64,000 nt of DNA. Origin: Paragordius varius. Taxonomy: Eukaryota; Animalia; Nematomorpha. The DNA lies in contig OZ176051.1 of the NCBI GenBank assembly GCA_964247055.1, positions 9,424,001-9,488,000 on the forward strand, written 5' to 3'. This document shows positions 12,901 to 25,186 of the stretch, piece after piece. The notes under the pieces are model-generated. The model saw only the letters and a list, made by a program, of their open reading frames with translations. It made no database searches and was not told the origin of the DNA. The number at the start of each line of letters is the position of its first letter. Position 1 is the first letter of the stretch. Made by a program: the position numbers and the translations under genes.

Positions 12901-14460
12901 AACAAATTATCTCCCACAGAATCCGCCCTCTTTGCAGATAGTCTTTGAAGGCGGCGCTCGCATCGACGTTGGCGTTTGGCGTAGTGGAGTCTCTCCTCTT
13001 CCTTTAACAATTCGTTCTTAATATGAATACACCTATCCTACCAACCCCCATTTAGCACTAGAGTTATAAAGTCTGACTCCGCAAGGCCCCCACGCTGCAG
13101 GAATTCATACGTCCAAGCCATGTTTTTTACACTTCCAATAAGCTGGGCCGGGATCCAGTTTTAATTCCAGAGTTGCCTTAAGCGGACTCATTTCATTATG
13201 GCGCAGCTGATGGGATACCACATTCAGACTTGATAACGGTATTCCCAGCAGGAGAGGCAAGGTATCGGTTTTTAAGTGAAGTTTACAAGTGGCAAGTTGG
13301 CACCGTGTTTTCTTGGAGTAGATATCACCTGTGATGACTTTCAACGATTTATTTACAAATACCTGAGCCTTGCGGGTATACTTGATAGAATTTGGCCACA
13401 CCGACAATCATAGAATTCTTGGAAGGATTAGAATTTTAAATATTTTTAACTTCAGCTTTTGGCCAACCTCTTTCGAGCGCCATGAACAATGTGAACCGTC
13501 AAAAATGAGCTTTGCGGAATGCAACCTGAATAGAAGTGATTTAAGGGCGCATCCGTTTTTATCCGCCATAACTCCCAGGTATCGAAAGGACTCCACAACC
13601 TCAAGCTCCCCTCCAGTGTGGAACATCCTCATATCAGACCTATTATCATCACTTTTGACTTTTCATAATTAATATTTATGCCAATAGTCGTCAGTTCAGA
13701 TTCCAGCTGGTCCAGAGCCTGTCCCAGGTTTTTCTCCGTATCCGTTAAGATGCAAAGGTCGTCTGAATAGCAGAGCACCTGGAAAAAGACGTTGGGAAAG
13801 CTCGCATATAATTTTCGTACTATTGAGTCCATAGCCAAATTGAAGAGTTTAGGGGACAGAGGGCATCCTTGCTTCAGGCCTCGTTCCAAGTAGATGTAGT
13901 CCGAACGGGTCGTTTCAACTGCCACCCGACTTCGTGGTCGGATTATCAAGTGAACTATAATCTTAAAATTTTCTACCATATCAACCTTCTTCAAACGCAT
14001 GACGTTCTTCCTATCTAGTTTATCAAATGCCTTGGCTATATCCACAAAGCCCAAGTAGAGCGGGTGCTTATGTCGCCTGCTTTTTAGGATGAATATTACC
14101 AATGAACAGAATAAATCCATCGTTCCCCTGCCCCGCTTAAAACCCCATATTGCGTGATGAAAATCATTATCAAAGGACTGCAGTCTAGAAAGGGCAATGT
14201 TGGTCAATACCTTGTACACTGTGTTCACCAGGGCTATACCCCTGTAATCATTAAGGGTGCCTCGATTCTCCTGTTTTGCGATATTAATTACCTCGCATTC
14301 CACCCATTCCTCCATCAGTGTGCCACGTTCTAACCAACTATTGATGACAGGCAAGATTTTGTCGATGCACCAGTTTATTTCCTTTTTCCAGACATCCGCC
14401 GCACTGCGATCTGGCCCTGGGCATTTATAATTTCGTAAAAAGTCAATATCTAGACGAAAT
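12900..14460 (-). mobile_element. RTE-clade non-LTR retrotransposon, 5'-truncated, RT domain
   Basis: ORF 13629-14354 contains YRGIALVNTVYKVL, GFKRGRGT, FVDIAKAFD, GLKQGCPLSPKLF and CYSDD. It continues in shifted frames (FRYLG, 13105-13632). Clearly more GC-rich than its flanks. Confidence 0.92.
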
Positions 14461-14585
14461 GTCCCTCATCAATTCAATCTAAGTGATGCGCCAGGTGAAA
14501 AGATAATTGCAAACGATTTTGGGGCAAGGGGGGCCAGTATTAAATCTTGCGGGGGACCCACAATTTATAGTTCGGCCATTGGTTT

Positions 14586-14835
14586 CTATCAAATCATATA
14601 AATTAAATTATTAATACCTGAAGTAAAAGTGAATTTTGTAAACTTTTCTTCCAATGTCCCTTTGGATTCGGTTTCATTTTGAATAAGAGAGGTGTCTTTT
14701 TCGTTCATCCTTGTTAAAGTCCATTTACTTAATAAAATATAGGCTAACCATGCCACAATGATCAAAATAAAACAAATTATAAAAATGAGTAATTTAAAAG
14801 TAGTATCAATATTAAATGGATTAGATGCAACATGT
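14586..14835 (-). pseudogene. Duplicated 5' TM exon of the synaptotagmin-like gene, truncated by the LINE region
   Basis: NPFNIDTTFKLLIFIICFILIIVAWLAYILLSKW is a single TM helix. A 32-nt GT-AG intron follows (14586-14617). Paralogous to 59422-59680. Confidence 0.55.
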
Positions 14836-17285
14836 TTAGAACGTAAACGTTTATTTTAAATTTATAAAATATTTTAGCCAATTATTGTTAAAAATATCAC
14901 AAAATCTATTTAGCTCTTTTCAAATTTTCCCATTAATTTTATTTAGAGTATTGAGTAAAGCCAAAAAATATTTTTCACGATAAAAACTATCTTTGGGCGT
15001 ACTCTAAGTCGAGAAATCCCTTTACCGATTCATTATATTCTTTGGTTAATATTGGTGATTTTAACAAATTTAATAAATATTTTTTTGTAAAATTTTGAAC
15101 CGAATAAGTGTATTTTCTAAAAACACAATTGTAAGTTATTAATGGAGTATTTTGATATTGATGTCGGGAAATCGATCCTGTCAAACTTAAAATAAAGATC
15201 TCAAAACTATTCAACAGTTTATTATAAGCTCCGAGATATGCACCGATCTATATTAATTTATATTACGCACCAAAAAAACATTGGATTTTTAGATTCCTCT
15301 TTATCAATAAGAGCTTGCTATTAACTCAGATAAATTTTTTCATTGGTTCATAAAACTTTATTTTTTTTCCTCACATTCCATATTTACACTAAATTTAATT
15401 TACAGTTAGCCAGGGTTCGTCAATTTTATTTTAATTTGTATCGAAATTGGTATAAACAGGGTTCAATACAAATAACTTCGCGGCTTCTGTGATAATTTCT
15501 GGTTATATTTTATTTATATTGAGCCCTTTTGATTGATATATCTTATAAATAATCGTACGTTTTGATTGAAATCTAATTTTTTTTAACATTTATTAGAGCA
15601 CTTATGCATACACCCTGCTTTAAAACTTAATTGTAAATGTTTACATAATGCAGCTAAACTAGCGGAAAATGGATGGTAGGGGATCAAAAAAGTTGGTAAT
15701 AATTTTATAAAAAATTCCCAGAGGTAGAATTATAACGAGTTCCACTGCAAAGCATATGTATTTAAACTAATTAGAAAGAGGGGGAGATCAATCAGCACTC
15801 CAATAACAACCAAAGACATACATGTAGCAATTTTAGTGGATAGGAAGCGGTAAACTATCAACTTGTAAATAATGTCACATAATATCTTGTCTCTAACTGG
15901 ATAGTGTTGTCAGAATGTTGTTATTACTATAAAAACACATGTTGTAAAGAGAACGACGAAAATAAAGAGAAAAGCAGTTAAATTTGGACGATGACACACT
16001 GGATCCTTTGAAAACCAACTAAACATCCCACTTTGATAAAAAGACAAAAACTGTTTGATGGGCAACAAATATTCATCAATGAGTAGGTGCTGAAGCTTAA
16101 AAATATAATTGCTTTTGCGATGTTACCAATTATATTCAGGTGGGAAAGTTTTGGGAATTTCTAACATATTTAAACATAATATGGTAAAACGGCAAAAATG
16201 GGGATCTAAAAATAATTTATGAATAGCTAAAAGCTTTGAGATAATGGACATCGAAATGATAAATGCGATTAAAATTCTGAAAAAAAGTATTAAATTTTCA
16301 ATTTGCGAATAGCATTTTTATCGCACATTAGCTTAAATAAAATAATAAACAATAGAGGAAAATTCAACTATATATTATTGTTTATATTATTATAAGCCTA
16401 ATCCAAAACTTGAATATAGAACAAGATGGGTATTAAAATTATTGTAACCGAACAAATTGGTTCGAACCCAACGAAATATGTTTCTACGTTCGATACTATT
16501 TAAATAAATTTTCTAATCGAGCAACTTCCCAAACAATTGGTAAATGAAATAGCCTAGTACTAATTAATGATAAAATAAATTAGGGATTTTTTTCACAAAG
16601 GCTTACAGCAGTGGTAACAAAATATAAAGGGACGAAAAAAAAATATCTTGTCGCAATGGTTAAGCACACACCATGTAATACCGATAAAATTTCATAGCTT
16701 TTTTGACACATTTGCAGATATTTATACTTAAAATAAACATTTAAAAATATAATAAATTTAAGGAGATTCCCTAGGGTCACGGTTGGAGTACCTCTGCTAA
16801 AATGATTTTAATAATCCTAACCTAATTTAAAAAAATCATATTTACAAAAGGGCATCGTACGGCAGAACCGTGAAAATAAAACCGATAATACTCTCGCGTC
16901 AATAAATATTTCAGCTCAAAACATAAAATAGATATAAAATTGTAGGGCAAATCTAGCACCTAATAATATATTCTAAAAGTTAAATATTTTATTGACTGTG
17001 TTATTAAATTATTTTTGGAATATTAAAATTTTGAATTTATTTGATAAATCCAAAAACTTTCGCGGGCCGCAAATTGTTGCAGAAGACCGCGTGTAGGAGA
17101 GTGCTGGAAGATAAATGGACAATAAAAATCGAAATACTAGTGTTGGTTTGGTATGAGGCTTTAATTACCTCTTTAAATCAACGTTTTACTTATTCAAAGT
17201 TGTGGGCCCAAATAAGAATTAATTGCCTAAAATGTTTATTATTTATTTGTTAATTTTTGAAAATCATCACAAAACGAGATAAGGA

Positions 17286-19806
17286 TTAGATGTTTTCTCT
17301 TATCATTAGTTTCAATTGATTATTAACTAGAGCGATTTGATCACCGGCCGAAAGACGCAACTTACAAGAATTCGCTCTACATTCGATTGTATACGGAGAC
17401 CGATTTTTAGCATACACAGTTATTCTTGTGGAATATTGGTTTGGTAAAAGGTGAAGCTTGATTTGGTCCCAGGTGCTTGCTTTATTATTCCATCTGATAT
17501 CTAATATATCGGTAAAGGGTAATATATTACACATTAGTAAAAAACGCATATCATTGACATAAGAGGTTTGTTTATAAACATATAGTATGGGCAAAATTTA
17601 TTCGAATGGTTATAATACTCGTATTCATCAATGACTAAAAATCAAAAACTCATTTACGATTGTGTGAGTGTATGCATGGCGATATTTGTTTTCACTAATC
17701 AGTTAACATACTGTTGTTTGTTAAATTTTAATTTTACGCCAGTAAGTATTAACTAATGCCCAAACTACATTTTCCGAAAATAAAATACATGCTATATATA
17801 ATTTTTTATCTAAATAATAAATAATTTAACAATATAATAAAACTTTGTGTGACATATCGCGTATATTTATTCCCTATAGTGAACATCAAGTAAAAATACA
17901 TTTTCGTTTATTTTTATTTGTAAATTATTTTTAATATTAAAGGGTTGATGTTAAGTTGCATTATATCATTAATTTCTTTTAATTTTTTTAAAAAAATAAG
18001 TACTTTTGGAAGCAGTTTGGCACTTTTGAGCTACCAATTTGATTTCATGTAGAGAATCCGATTTTTTTAGATATATTTTGTCGTATTTGGATATTTCTTT
18101 TCTCGAACCACTTAGTATCAACTTATTATTGTCCATATAGGTTTTAAATTTAGTCAGGTATTCATAAGAAGGGCCAAGAATCTCAACATCTTTTATATTC
18201 CATCCAAGTGTTGAGAAACTAACTGTATTTTCACACTGATAGTATTTCCGAACACTTTTCGCTAAACATATTATATTAAATTAAGCCTAATTATTCTATA
18301 ATAACGTGAGGTTTGCAGATTTTTAATAATTTTAGTAAAAAAATTTATATAACTCAGATTTAAATATACGTTAATAGAGTTTTCTGAGAGCACTAATACC
18401 CAATATGGAATTAATTTGACAAAAAGTTTGCAGCTCATGTTTTTTAATATTTACGATTAATAGGTATGTACCGGAATATTTGTTTTTTTTGCAATGGAAA
18501 AGATGTTAAATATTGAATAATATATAATTGTAAAAAAAAATTAATAATTAAACTTACTTAAACTTTTGGGCATATATTTAAAGTTTCCAGCTTTGTCCCA
18601 CGTTCCTGGATAAATAATACATAGTTTTAAGTTATTTTTCTAGTTTATAACAAAAAGGAGAATTGCTTAAAGAATTTTGAGAGCATTAACACACTCGCCT
18701 ACGAGCATTCAGAGTGATGATGGAAAAATTATACATTTAATTATAAATATATATGAAATGTAAAAATAAATAATGAAAACCATCAAATTTAATTATCCAT
18801 CTTCTATATGTATATTGATTCACGAAAAGGACTAAAAATTCATTATGAATCGCTGTTATATTAGCTTGAATAGAGCCGTTGGATATTTGATAAATTCTAC
18901 CAGGACTAAAAAGGTTTAATTCACAAGTTTTGGCTAAATTTGGGTCATTGAACAAATCAGAACAATTTTCCTCAAATATAAATCGTCCATTGTAGCTCTT
19001 GTAATCCGTCAAAGGGTAGAAAATTTCAAAATAAAGGTTAAGTTCTTTACCATCTATGTTAATGGTCCAAAGTCCAGCATAATCACATTTACCAGGTATA
19101 TTAATTATTAATTTTGTTTTGTTTGACACTTGAAAAGGCATTTCTTTTCCATATTTGGTAGTTATTTGAATGGTAGGGGGTGTTTTTGAATTTTTAAGAG
19201 GTTGCCAAAACTCAGCTATATCGATCTCATACTTTTTGATCTTATTTGGTGATACTATGCCCACTGTAATTACTAAAAATTGAAAAATTACTTTGCAAAA
19301 TATATATGGAAAATATATATAAAATATCTATTGATATTTAAATTGGGCAAAAAACGTAACTTAGTGTGTAAGGATAACACATTGTTTATTATGATATTTA
19401 GCGAAAGGCGGTTATTACAAAATATATGCATCTTTCGCCTATGAATCATACGTAAAAAATTAACACTTGCACAATGTAAGAGTATTATAATATTAAATTT
19501 ATTACCTTGAAGAGAAATATTTCCATGCCTTATTGTCACACCATTTTTCAAAACGGAATAAGGGCCATCAACTAAATTCAATTTAGGCGCTATCTCTTGA
19601 TCAAGAAATTGTGAATAATTAACATTAGGGTAGTAAAATGTTCCAAACGCAAAATTGACAGTTATGTTAGCTCGACCTTGATACTTATCAAGAAGTTGAT
19701 AATAATATTCTAGACCAAATGAAACCAAAATGTCATCGGGATTCGGTTGCTCCTGAGCTAATGTACTGTAGAACCCAAATAGGAAGAAAATTGGTAGTAA
19801 AATCAT
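17286..19806 (-). CDS. Gene X copy 2. Exons 19806-19506, 19272-18781, 18605-18558, 18261-18004, 17634-17286; possibly pseudogenised
   Basis: Exon lengths 301/492/48/258 keep phase 1 without stops. Exon 5 lacks one T in a homopolymer near 17597 compared with copies 3 and 4, which is either a real frameshift or an assembly error. Confidence 0.7.
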
Positions 19807-21031
19807 TTCAAAAAATTTAATAGCTTTGATATAATTATTGGAGGTCTTATATAGAAATGCTTTAAAATAAAAATGGGGCCTACACTATTAAAGAGATAAA
19901 GCAAATATTATTAAAATTTGGCAATGTATAATGATATTGCAGGCTACTAAATAAATATTTTTTTATTTTCTTTGGACCAAAAGCCTAATTATTATGTATT
20001 TCGACAAAAACATTATGTAAAACTCGTGTCTAATACATTAGTTTTGTAAAATGTCAATATTTGCAATAAACCAAAACAACTTGCCCGACAGTTTAAAAAA
20101 ATAAAATTGAAAAGTGTATTTGATCTGGCTAAGCTTACAATCTTAAATCTGGTTTAAACACGATCGCCAATTTTAAATTATATAAGTCAAAGTTTGTATT
20201 AAAAAAGGAATTAACTGTATAATTTTATGTGATTTGAAGAGCATGAAACGCAATCTTATAGATAGTTCACGACAAAATAAATAATTTTGCGAAAAGAAAA
20301 TATAGAGATACACTGGTAGTTTTTCATTAAATAATGCCAACAACTATATCTTTATTTTTATTAAATACCAATAAAATGCCAAAAATTTACCTATATGTCG
20401 TATTAATTATTAGCTTTTAACAAATATTTTAAATAACCTACTTAAAAAAGTTTTTGAGCCAACCCTATAACTATTTAGAATTTCAAATGTTTTCAACTTT
20501 AAGCGATTATAATTTAAGAAATTTGAAACTAATATATATAATTCGGCATATTACCTAATGATCAACATGAGCATATATAAATCAATAAAAATCCCATTTT
20601 AAGTCTAAATAGATTTATACCATTTAGTCCAATTCAACACTTTTCTAACTAAACGCATATTTTATCAAGTAAAGGCATGTAACTCCCAAACGCAACATTA
20701 TTTGTAGTTAAAAATTTTATTTAAGACCTGAAATTCAGCTAACCATATTAAATCTAAAAGAATTCGTAATTTAATTTAGATAATAAAAAAAATTGTCTTT
20801 AAATGCAAAAATAATGTTGCGAAATGAAAAATTTGTCTTGCTTGAAAAATTTTATGGATAAAAATTGTGGCGGGAGCTTGATAAAATGTTGCGATTGTTA
20901 TGACATTGTTGATTTTTACCTAATAGTTAACCTGGTAATTATTTAATTTTTATGATAATGATTACATATTCATTTTCTTAGTCTAATGCAGCTTAATTAA
21001 TGTAAACTATAGAATGTGATTTTTTAAAATA

Positions 21032-21584
21032 CTAGTGTAAATCTCGTGCTGCTACACGGGCTATTTGAAAAAAGGGACAATAAAATGATCCACATATGTG
21101 GATTATTTCGAAACATTATTTAATAGCTATGATCTCATAGGAATTTTAAAACAGTGCATTCATACTAATATATTGTTTACTTGGGCGAAAAATAAAAAAT
21201 GATTTTTGTGGACATAATTTTTTCAAAAAAATAGCATTTTACGGGGGGAGCGGGTAAATAGAGGGCCTAAATTAAAAAAGCGAGCCGACTATGTTCGGCG
21301 CAATCGAAAATAAGTAACAAAAATCATATTTGAAAGAGAATGATCCAACACGTTCTCCGGAAAATTGTCTCAAAGACCAATTTTTGTGGACTTCTCTTTT
21401 CAATAAAAACCGTTTTTTAGAGGGGGTGGGCCCGAACTGGGGGCCTAATTTTAAAAAAGGGCGAAGCTATTGTCGGGGCATTCATTATGATTATATTTTC
21501 GATATTTGGATTTGAATGGGTGTACCGGTTTTCTAGAAAAAGATCACAAAGCCAGCATTTTCCATTTTTATAAATATATATAGA
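21032..21584 (-). mobile_element. Non-autonomous Helitron
   Basis: 5' TC(TATATATTTATAAAAATGG), 3' hairpin cccgtg-tagcag-cacgag then CTAG, inserted between A and T. The empty site is seen in the paralogous block near 3362-3370. Confidence 0.9.
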
Positions 21585-22321
21585 TTTCGATACTGTGCCA
21601 AAAATAAACATATCTTTCTTTTATGGGATATTCATCAAAAATAAAATTGAATTGTTATCATTTTTAAAGGCAAACGATATATTAATATCATCCTTTTATA
21701 ATTTTCTCTAAAATGTTCTTAATTTTATTGCTATTTTGTGTCATAAGACTCACAATAAGCGTAAGCCTAAATATAAACTGGCTTATCGCTTTGCCTTTAA
21801 GGGTAATAGGCCTAAGTGTCGGGGGTCAATGATTTAGCCTTTAATGTCGGTATTTTAATTCGCATATGCTCAAACAGTTATGATTCCAATTGCCAACAGA
21901 CAGTACTAATCTCATTTTTGTTTATTGTAAATAAAATTTAAATACCGATTTCTGATATCAATTTAATTTTTTTTAGATTTTATGCCAAAAAGCAAGACAA
22001 TTTTTTATGCTACTTTTATAAAAGAGATCAATAATAAAAAACGATATATATAACGCCGCCCTCTAGTACCTTGCACAAAAAGTCTGGGGATTTTTTAAGA
22101 ACACACATTTTGTTCCCTTAACCACTCATATGCAACATCAAACTTTAATTTCCAGTGTAATAACTTTACATTTTAACTTAAGTTAAAAAAAATAAATTTA
22201 TCCATTTGCAACATAACAATATTTTACCTATTCTTTCATCTTATACTTACGATATACCAATATTGAAGGCCAAATAACTTAATTACAATAAAAACATTAA
22301 CACATTTTTCAATCTATAATA

Positions 22322-23285
22322 TTGATGATGTTGGATATCTCTTAGTTTATGTACAAACTCTGGGGCAGTTGAGACGATTCGACCATATTGTAAGATATCT
22401 GTGCAAGTTCTTGGATTAAATGTGGTGTTATATTTTTAATCTAATCTAAATATCGTAGCTTAAGCCTTCCAAGTTTCCTAGCCCCTTCAACTGGGCCTAA
22501 GATTATCGCTTTTTCTAAGTTATCGGCTCTCATCACATGTCCGTAAACTCTGTGCTGAAAGGGATGAATTTTTTAATGAAGGTTAGTTTGGGTTTAATAT
22601 GTACTAATATTTTGTATTGTATCTTTTGCTCCCATTCTATACCAATATATCTATAGGTCCATAACTCAAACGCTTTTATTTTCTTGCAAATGACTTACAG
22701 CTTTAGTGCATTACTGGAAAACTTATTGATCTATTACACGCTTTTTGATGGAATTGGGAATTTTTTTGGAGAATGGATTTAAGTATGATTATTGCATTTT
22801 CTGCCATTGCAGCTCTCCTGGTACTGCTGGTTGTAGAGGTGCCACTTATTAAAATAGTAGATCTGAGGTAAGTTAAGTTGTTCTGAATGTTTTGTTCTTA
22901 AAATTCACAGTAAGTCCTCTTTTGTTGGGATAAGAATTGTTGCGTCATCAGCGAAACGCAAGTTATTGATTGTCTCGCCTTCTATTATGATGCCTGCTGA
23001 GTCATTTCTATTATATTTGTGATGTCAGTAAGTTAAATAGCGAAGGTGATAGTGTACATCCTTGTCTGACCCTCATTTCTCTATTTATTGTTTGGCTGGG
23101 AATTGCTGAAACTCGTATAACTGCTTTTTCATTTGAAGATTGTTAAGATTTAATAATGTGCAGGGAAAATCCGCTTCACCCATAGTTTTTCATAAACCAC
23201 CCTATCAAAGCCTTGGAGTAGTTCAGGAAGGAAAATATTTTTGTTGTATGCATTTGCTTGTTTTATTATGCGTTTTATATTACAA
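22322..23285 (-). mobile_element. Decayed RTE-clade LINE (3' RT region)
   Basis: VRQGCTLSP, LRFADDA and GKIEG..GR motifs. Same insertion as 49142-50900 but lacking about 1.2 kb. Confidence 0.85.
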
Positions 23286-23289
23286 ACTT

Positions 23290-23680
23290 AGGCCCTAGAT
23301 ATTTTTCTCAACATAGATATATAGAAATTTTAAGCTTTGGTCCATTATTTAATAATATTTATTTAGTTTCCTTCATGCTTTAATGAGTTGCCAAATTTAA
23401 TAATTATTTATCTCAACTGTTAATTTTTGTCTAACCTTACCACTTATTCCTACTGAATATATAATTGATTTATGCAAAATTTTAAGATATATAGACATAA
23501 TTCCAAGTAAGAAAGATTAACTAAAAGGTTCAGTAGCTAAGATAACTGTCAATTTTGCTTATGGAAATTTACTTAGATAAAATTAAATACAATTTTTTTA
23601 AAAGTAATTAACCAAATAATACCTGTAGTAATTACTATCAAAAGCAAATTATATAATTTGATTGCTATGCATATCTAGGA
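23290..23680 (+). pseudogene. Old diverged paralog of the gene X promoter and exon 1
   Basis: gctaagataactgtcaattttgcttatgga (AKITVNFAYG) versus gene X gctaacataactgtcaattttgcgtttggt (ANITVNFAFG). The upstream sequence is also homologous to about 4400-4500. Confidence 0.7.
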
Positions 23681-23946
23681 CAGGGGTGTAACACATTTCG
23701 CGGACGGTATGCTTGTATCAAAAATTTGACGGGCCAAACAAAATGGGCATTAATAAAATTATTGAATTTAAAATATAAGAGTGCACAAATTATTGTTTAT
23801 TTTAACAATTTTAGCTAGATCATGCAAAATTTTTGAGAAGATTTTTTCAAAAAAATCACTTGTGCTTCGATCTCATAAAATATTAAAATTTCTGGCGAAC
23901 TCCATAAATATTTTGGAGGGACATGCGACCTTGTTAGATATTTCTG
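23681..23946. mobile_element. hAT (Charlie-type) MITE
   Basis: Starts caggggtgtaac and ends gttagatatttctg. Imperfect 8-bp flanks atctagga/aattaggg with a TAG core. Second copy at 51695-51964. Confidence 0.55.
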
Positions 23947-24129
23947 AATTAGGGTAATAAGAGTGATCACATATTAGAATACTTTTTAATCGCCGTGAAA
24001 TATTTTATTATATGATTAATTTTATTTTTTTGTCACTTATGTATTAATACGACCGTTTGTGATGCGCCTCTTAACACGTTAAATAATTTTACACTATTAA
24101 ACACTATAAAACAACAATTAAAATTTTTT

Positions 24130-25170
24130 CAAATCATAATATGTTGCCTTGATATTTCCAATAATTAAACATATATTTTCCACAATGCCCAATAACTTTT
24201 TAGTGTTTCTAACAATCAAACATATTTCAACAATGAAATAATTTTTCCAACAATCAAATTATGTGGCCCAATAATATTTTAGTTTTTCCTACAATCAACA
24301 TATATTTATACAAAAAAATAATTTCTCCAACAATTTAAATATGTTGCCCAGCAATACCTAAGAGTTTCAACAATCAAAGATAGATTTTTAATAACTAAAT
24401 AATTTTTCCAATAATCAAAAGAAATTGCCCAATAATATTTTAGCATAACATTCAAAGCTATATTTTCAGCAATCAATATATGATGCCCAATAATAATTAG
24501 TGTGTCCGACAATCAAACCTTTATTTTCAACAATCAAATAATTTTTCCAACAATCAAAATATGTTACCCAATAACTTTCTATTGTTTCCAACACTCAAAC
24601 ATATATTTTTAACAATGAAATAACTTTTTTAATAATGAAAAGATGTTGTCAATAATATTTTAGTTTAAACAACAATCAAACATATATTTTTAATAATCAA
24701 ATTGCCATTGCGTTGCTGAACCGGATCGATCAAGAAAACCGTTTTTTTGTTACCGTGAGGCCTTTAGATTTTTCCAATAATCAAAAGATTTTGCCCAATA
24801 ATATTTTATTATTTCCAACAATAAAACATATATTGGCAACAATAATAATTTTTCCAACAATCTAAATTTGTTGCCCAGTAATTTGGTTATAACAACAATC
24901 AAACATATATTTTCAACAATCAAATAATTATTCCAACAATCAAAATATGTTGCCCAAAAATTTTAATATTTCCAACAATCAAACATATATATTCAAAAAG
25001 GAAATAATTTTTCCAACTATCACAATATATTCCCTAATTTTTATTATTTATAACATTCAAACTTATATTTTTAACAATCAAATAATTTTTCCAACAATCA
25101 AAATATATTGCCCAATAATTTTAGTGTTTCCAACAAGCATATAATTACAAATATCAAATTATTTTCAAAC
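24130..25170. repeat. Degenerate tandem array, monomer about 80 bp (about 13 copies) built of caacaatcaaa sub-repeats
   Basis: gccca recurs at 79-81 bp spacing. The consensus has stops in all + frames. Partial copy at 52140-52380. Confidence 0.85.
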
Positions 25171-25186
25171 AATGAAAAAAAGTTCC

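Larger units (their letters stand above)
14575..24350. repeat. Segmental duplication block: direct copies at about 41810-52380 (from 16200 on) and about 59420-64000; inverted copy at about 3290-7875
   Basis: Long runs of high identity, visible by direct comparison, across genes, introns and transposon debris. Confidence 0.92.

Noticed and set aside
15000-15560. In-frame TAA/TGA stops suggesting a non-standard genetic code
   Set aside because: Gene X ends at TAA, and the stops fit C-to-T or G-to-A decay (CAA, CGA, TGG) in pseudogenes.
15640-16130. Slightly GC-richer + strand stretch with ORF-like fragments (copy at 60480-60950)
   Set aside because: Probably decayed TE coding sequence, but no diagnostic motif could be assigned.
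16455-16485. GGTTCGAACCC B-box/T-loop-like motif (also near 9115, 42070, 61280)
   Set aside because: No A-box or cloverleaf stems were found, so it is not a supportable tRNA or SINE.
17041-17253. Conserved ~70-aa + strand ORF (MINPKTFAGRK...), repeated at 42674 and 61883
   Set aside because: It has a TTG start, no recognisable motif, and is broken in copy 1. Conservation is explained by recent duplication.
24130-25170. CRISPR-like or coding repeat array
   Set aside because: There are no unique spacers, the context is eukaryotic, and the consensus has stops in all + frames.
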